From: Thermoanaerobaculia bacterium
Lineage (GTDB): Bacteria; Acidobacteriota; Thermoanaerobaculia; Multivoradales; UBA5704
Assembly (NCBI GenBank): GCA_044226625.1
Contig: JBGAGQ010000005.1
Location: 1-64,000, forward strand
DNA length: 64,000 nt
Direction of reading: 5' to 3'
Positions 61,583 through 64,000 of this stretch are shown one piece after another (position 1 is the stretch's first letter; every line of letters begins with the position of its first letter). Both the position numbers and the translations under genes were made by a program. Under the pieces are notes generated by a model, which did not search any database, was not told the origin of the DNA, and saw only the letters and a program-made list of their open reading frames with translations.

Positions 61583-62599
61583 ATGGCCCCACTGAAAGGA
61601 ACCACCAACCAACCGAACGAGGTCGGAGTCCTCGGAGAGAGCGGCAAGTTCGAGGGGGTGCGCGGGGTGAGCCACGCCGGCTACCACGGCGGCGTCGTGG
61701 GCGTGAACGACAGCCCCGAGGCGTCGGCCGGGCCGGGGGTCTACGGCGAGAGCCGGGGCACGGGCGTGTGGGGCGTCAGCAAGACCTGGATGGGGGTGTA
61801 CGGACGCTCCGAAGGGCCCGGTGCGGGGGTGATGGGGGAGAGCGCGGGGCCGGGGGTGATCGGCAAGAGCTCCTCCTGGCACGGTGTGGCCGGCGAAAGC
61901 GAGAGCACCTCGGGCGGCGCGGCGGTCAGCGGCGAGGCGAAGAGCGGCGGCCCGGGCGTGCTGGGCAAGAGCGCTTCGGGAATCGGCGTCTGGGCGGTGA
62001 GCGAGACTTACGAAGGGTTGCGCGCCGAGACGAAGTCGGCCGACACCGCCGCGGCCGCTTTCTATCAGTTGAACGCGGGAAGCGACCGTCCGGCGCTCTA
62101 CGCGCGGCACATGGGCGGCCGCAACGCTGCGGTCTTCGAAGGCAGCGTGTTCGTCACCGGCGACGTCCTGCTCCAGAACGCCGACTGCGCCGAGGATTTC
62201 TCGATCGCCGCGGGCGCCGCGGCAGAGCCCGGAACGGTGATGGTGATCGACGAGGCGGGGAGCCTCGCCGAGAGCCTTCGCCCCTACGACAAGCGGGTGG
62301 CCGGCGTGATCTCCGGGGCGGGAGATTTCAAACCGGGCCTGATCCTCGACCGCCGGAAGGCGCCGTCCGTTTCGGAAGCCGGGCGCCGGCCGCTCGCGCT
62401 CCTGGGCAAGGTCTTCTGCCGGGTCGACGCGGGCGAGGCGGGGATCGAGGTGGGCGACCTGCTCACCACCTCCGCGGTCCCCGGCCATGCGATGAAAGCC
62501 GCCGATCCCGCGCGCGCGTTCGGCGCCGTGCTCGGCAAGGCGCTCCGGCCGCTCGCCTCGGGCCGCGGTTTGATCCCGGTGCTCGTCGCCCTTCAATAG
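61583..62599 (+). CDS. GVxGxS-repeat fibre-like protein with C-terminal tail-fibre chaperone/autocleavage-like domain
   Basis: About 10-11-aa repeats GVYGES/GVWGVS/GVMGES; C-terminal ADCAEDF..GTVMVI..VAGVIS..LLGKVFCRVDA..GDLLTTS..GHAMKA..GKAL; GAGGAG RBS; no signal peptide. Confidence 0.7.
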   Translation: MAPLKGTTNQPNEVGVLGESGKFEGVRGVSHAGYHGGVVGVNDSPEASAGPGVYGESRGTGVWGVSKTWMGVYGRSEGPGAGVMGESAGPGVIGKSSSWHGVAGESESTSGGAAVSGEAKSGGPGVLGKSASGIGVWAVSETYEGLRAETKSADTAAAAFYQLNAGSDRPALYARHMGGRNAAVFEGSVFVTGDVLLQNADCAEDFSIAAGAAAEPGTVMVIDEAGSLAESLRPYDKRVAGVISGAGDFKPGLILDRRKAPSVSEAGRRPLALLGKVFCRVDAGEAGIEVGDLLTTSAVPGHAMKAADPARAFGAVLGKALRPLASGRGLIPVLVALQ

Positions 62600-62621
62600 C
62601 GCGCCGTTGCGGAGGAGAGCC

Positions 62622-64000
62622 ATGTCCGATTTCGGTTTGCGCTCGTTGGAAGCGGCGCTCGAGCCGATCGCCGAGTGGCGGAAGCATCGGGCCCGGGAGC
62701 TCGCGCAGCGGATCCGCTGGGAGGACGGCTGGCAAGGCCATGGTCCGATTTCCCTCCGTGCGCTCGACCGCACCACGGGCAAAGGCACCCTCGGCGATTC
62801 GCTGGCCTCCCTCGGCGGCGGGCCTCTGAGCCTCGCGGCCGGTTATCGGAGCCTCGACTTTCCCGCCGGCCGCGGCGCGACCGAAACGCGGGGCGCGATC
62901 TCGCTGCGCGCCTCGTCCGAGCGGGTTCTCGACCGGGACGTCGTGAAGCTCCGATTTCTGTCGCAGAACACCTACCTGCTCCAGGGCCTGCAGATCCCGC
63001 TCGACCGGTGGATCGACGACGGTCCGCGGTGGGACGCGCTCGCCTGGTTCGGCATCCCCGGCGGTGGCGCTCTGCTCCTGCTGCTCGGGCTCACCTCGGT
63101 CGCGAATCTCGCGATCGCCGAGATCCTGGCACTGGCCGGCTGGACGCCGAGCAAGGTGATCCGCAAGCTGACCGGGATCGACCTGTCCGGCGCGAAGCTC
63201 GGCGCGAAGCCGGCGCTCGAAGATCGCGCCTCGGAATTCGGTCCGGCGCTGGCCGAATACGATCTCTGCTGTCTCTGCGAGGTCTGGACCGAGGACGCGC
63301 GGCGGCGCATCTTCGACGGGCTCGACCGGCATCTTTGGCGCTCCTCGGTCGGTCCCGACGGGTTGGACGATTGGATCTTGACCGGCAGCGGCCTGTTCTT
63401 CCTCTCGAAGCTGCCGATCGTCCGGACCGAGTCGATGATCTTCTCGGACCTTGGCAAGCGCAACCGCGACTCCGACGCCTGGTCGAAGAAAGGCGTGATG
63501 CTGAACGTCGTCGACCTCGGCTTCGGCCGGCTGGAGCTGTTCCAGACCCACCTCTACTACGGCGGCGGACTCCGCGACCAGGTGCCGGGTCCCCTCAAGG
63601 TGGCGTTCGAGGATCCGACGATCGACGATCGGCGCGGTGTCTGGCGCGCCGAGCTCGGCGAGCTCGCGGACTTCATCCGGCGCCATCACGAGCCGGAAAA
63701 CGTGGTCCTGGTGACGGGCGACTTCAACCTCCGCGGCGGCGACGCGCGCGAGTACGGGTTGATCCGTCGCGCCTTCGACCCGTTGGACCTCCACGACCTC
63801 TGGGCCTGGGACGTCTACGGCAACAATCCGAGCGAAGGGCTCACCTGCCGCTACACCGACGTCGAACCGCTGGTGCGCACTTTCGACCGCGAATGCCGTT
63901 ATCAGCCCTACCTGCCCGCGGGCGCCACAGCGCAGATTTGCGACGACCGGTTCGAGACCTTCCATTCCGCCGTGCCGCCGGCGGGCGTGGGGCGATTCGA
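62622..64000 (+). CDS. Endonuclease/exonuclease/phosphatase (sphingomyelinase-like) protein; runs off the right edge
   Basis: Not in the ORF track. Manual translation gives LRFLSQNTYL, DLCCLCEVW, GSGLFFLSK, DAWSKKGV, FQTHL, TGDFNL; GGAGGAG RBS. Confidence 0.8.
   Translation, partial: MSDFGLRSLEAALEPIAEWRKHRARELAQRIRWEDGWQGHGPISLRALDRTTGKGTLGDSLASLGGGPLSLAAGYRSLDFPAGRGATETRGAISLRASSERVLDRDVVKLRFLSQNTYLLQGLQIPLDRWIDDGPRWDALAWFGIPGGGALLLLLGLTSVANLAIAEILALAGWTPSKVIRKLTGIDLSGAKLGAKPALEDRASEFGPALAEYDLCCLCEVWTEDARRRIFDGLDRHLWRSSVGPDGLDDWILTGSGLFFLSKLPIVRTESMIFSDLGKRNRDSDAWSKKGVMLNVVDLGFGRLELFQTHLYYGGGLRDQVPGPLKVAFEDPTIDDRRGVWRAELGELADFIRRHHEPENVVLVTGDFNLRGGDAREYGLIRRAFDPLDLHDLWAWDVYGNNPSEGLTCRYTDVEPLVRTFDRECRYQPYLPAGATAQICDDRFETFHSAVPPAGVGRF

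Noticed and set aside
61620-62030. Tandem DNA repeat array
   Set aside because: Degenerate and explained by in-frame GVxGxS protein repeats

Overview
High-GC (about 68-70% by eye) bacterial chromosome segment. The gene content (Acidobacteria-type VWA proteins, many secreted TPR proteins, TorF/FadL outer-membrane barrels) suggests Acidobacteriota, probably Thermoanaerobaculia; this is an inference. Housekeeping and metabolic genes include a Cys/Met PLP enzyme, lysA, a CorC/HlyC protein, an ECF42 sigma with its DGPF partner, methylmalonyl-CoA mutase, class II RNR nrdJ with tandem NrdR boxes, aminobutyraldehyde dehydrogenase, a GH13 amylase, a BMP-type nucleoside ABC transporter, FadL + GDSL lipase, ppx-phoB-phoR-phoU with Pho boxes, and ubiE/menG-folD-coaE-ITPase. 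Candidate novel or accessory modules: (1) a small secreted propeptide directly upstream of a cytoplasmic zinc-finger-like/TPR protein, a possible RRNPP-like peptide signalling pair; (2) an orphan lanthipeptide-like double-glycine precursor; (3) a TIR-STAND-TPR NLR-like gene with a low-GC sensor region; (4) an M64 peptidase followed by two paralogous unknown exported proteins; (5) a duplicated secreted TPR + Ig-VWA module. Apparent deletions affect both divergent B12-dependent enzymes. I saw no tRNA, rRNA, CRISPR array, transposase or integrase. All family assignments come from motif recognition by eye, not database searches.
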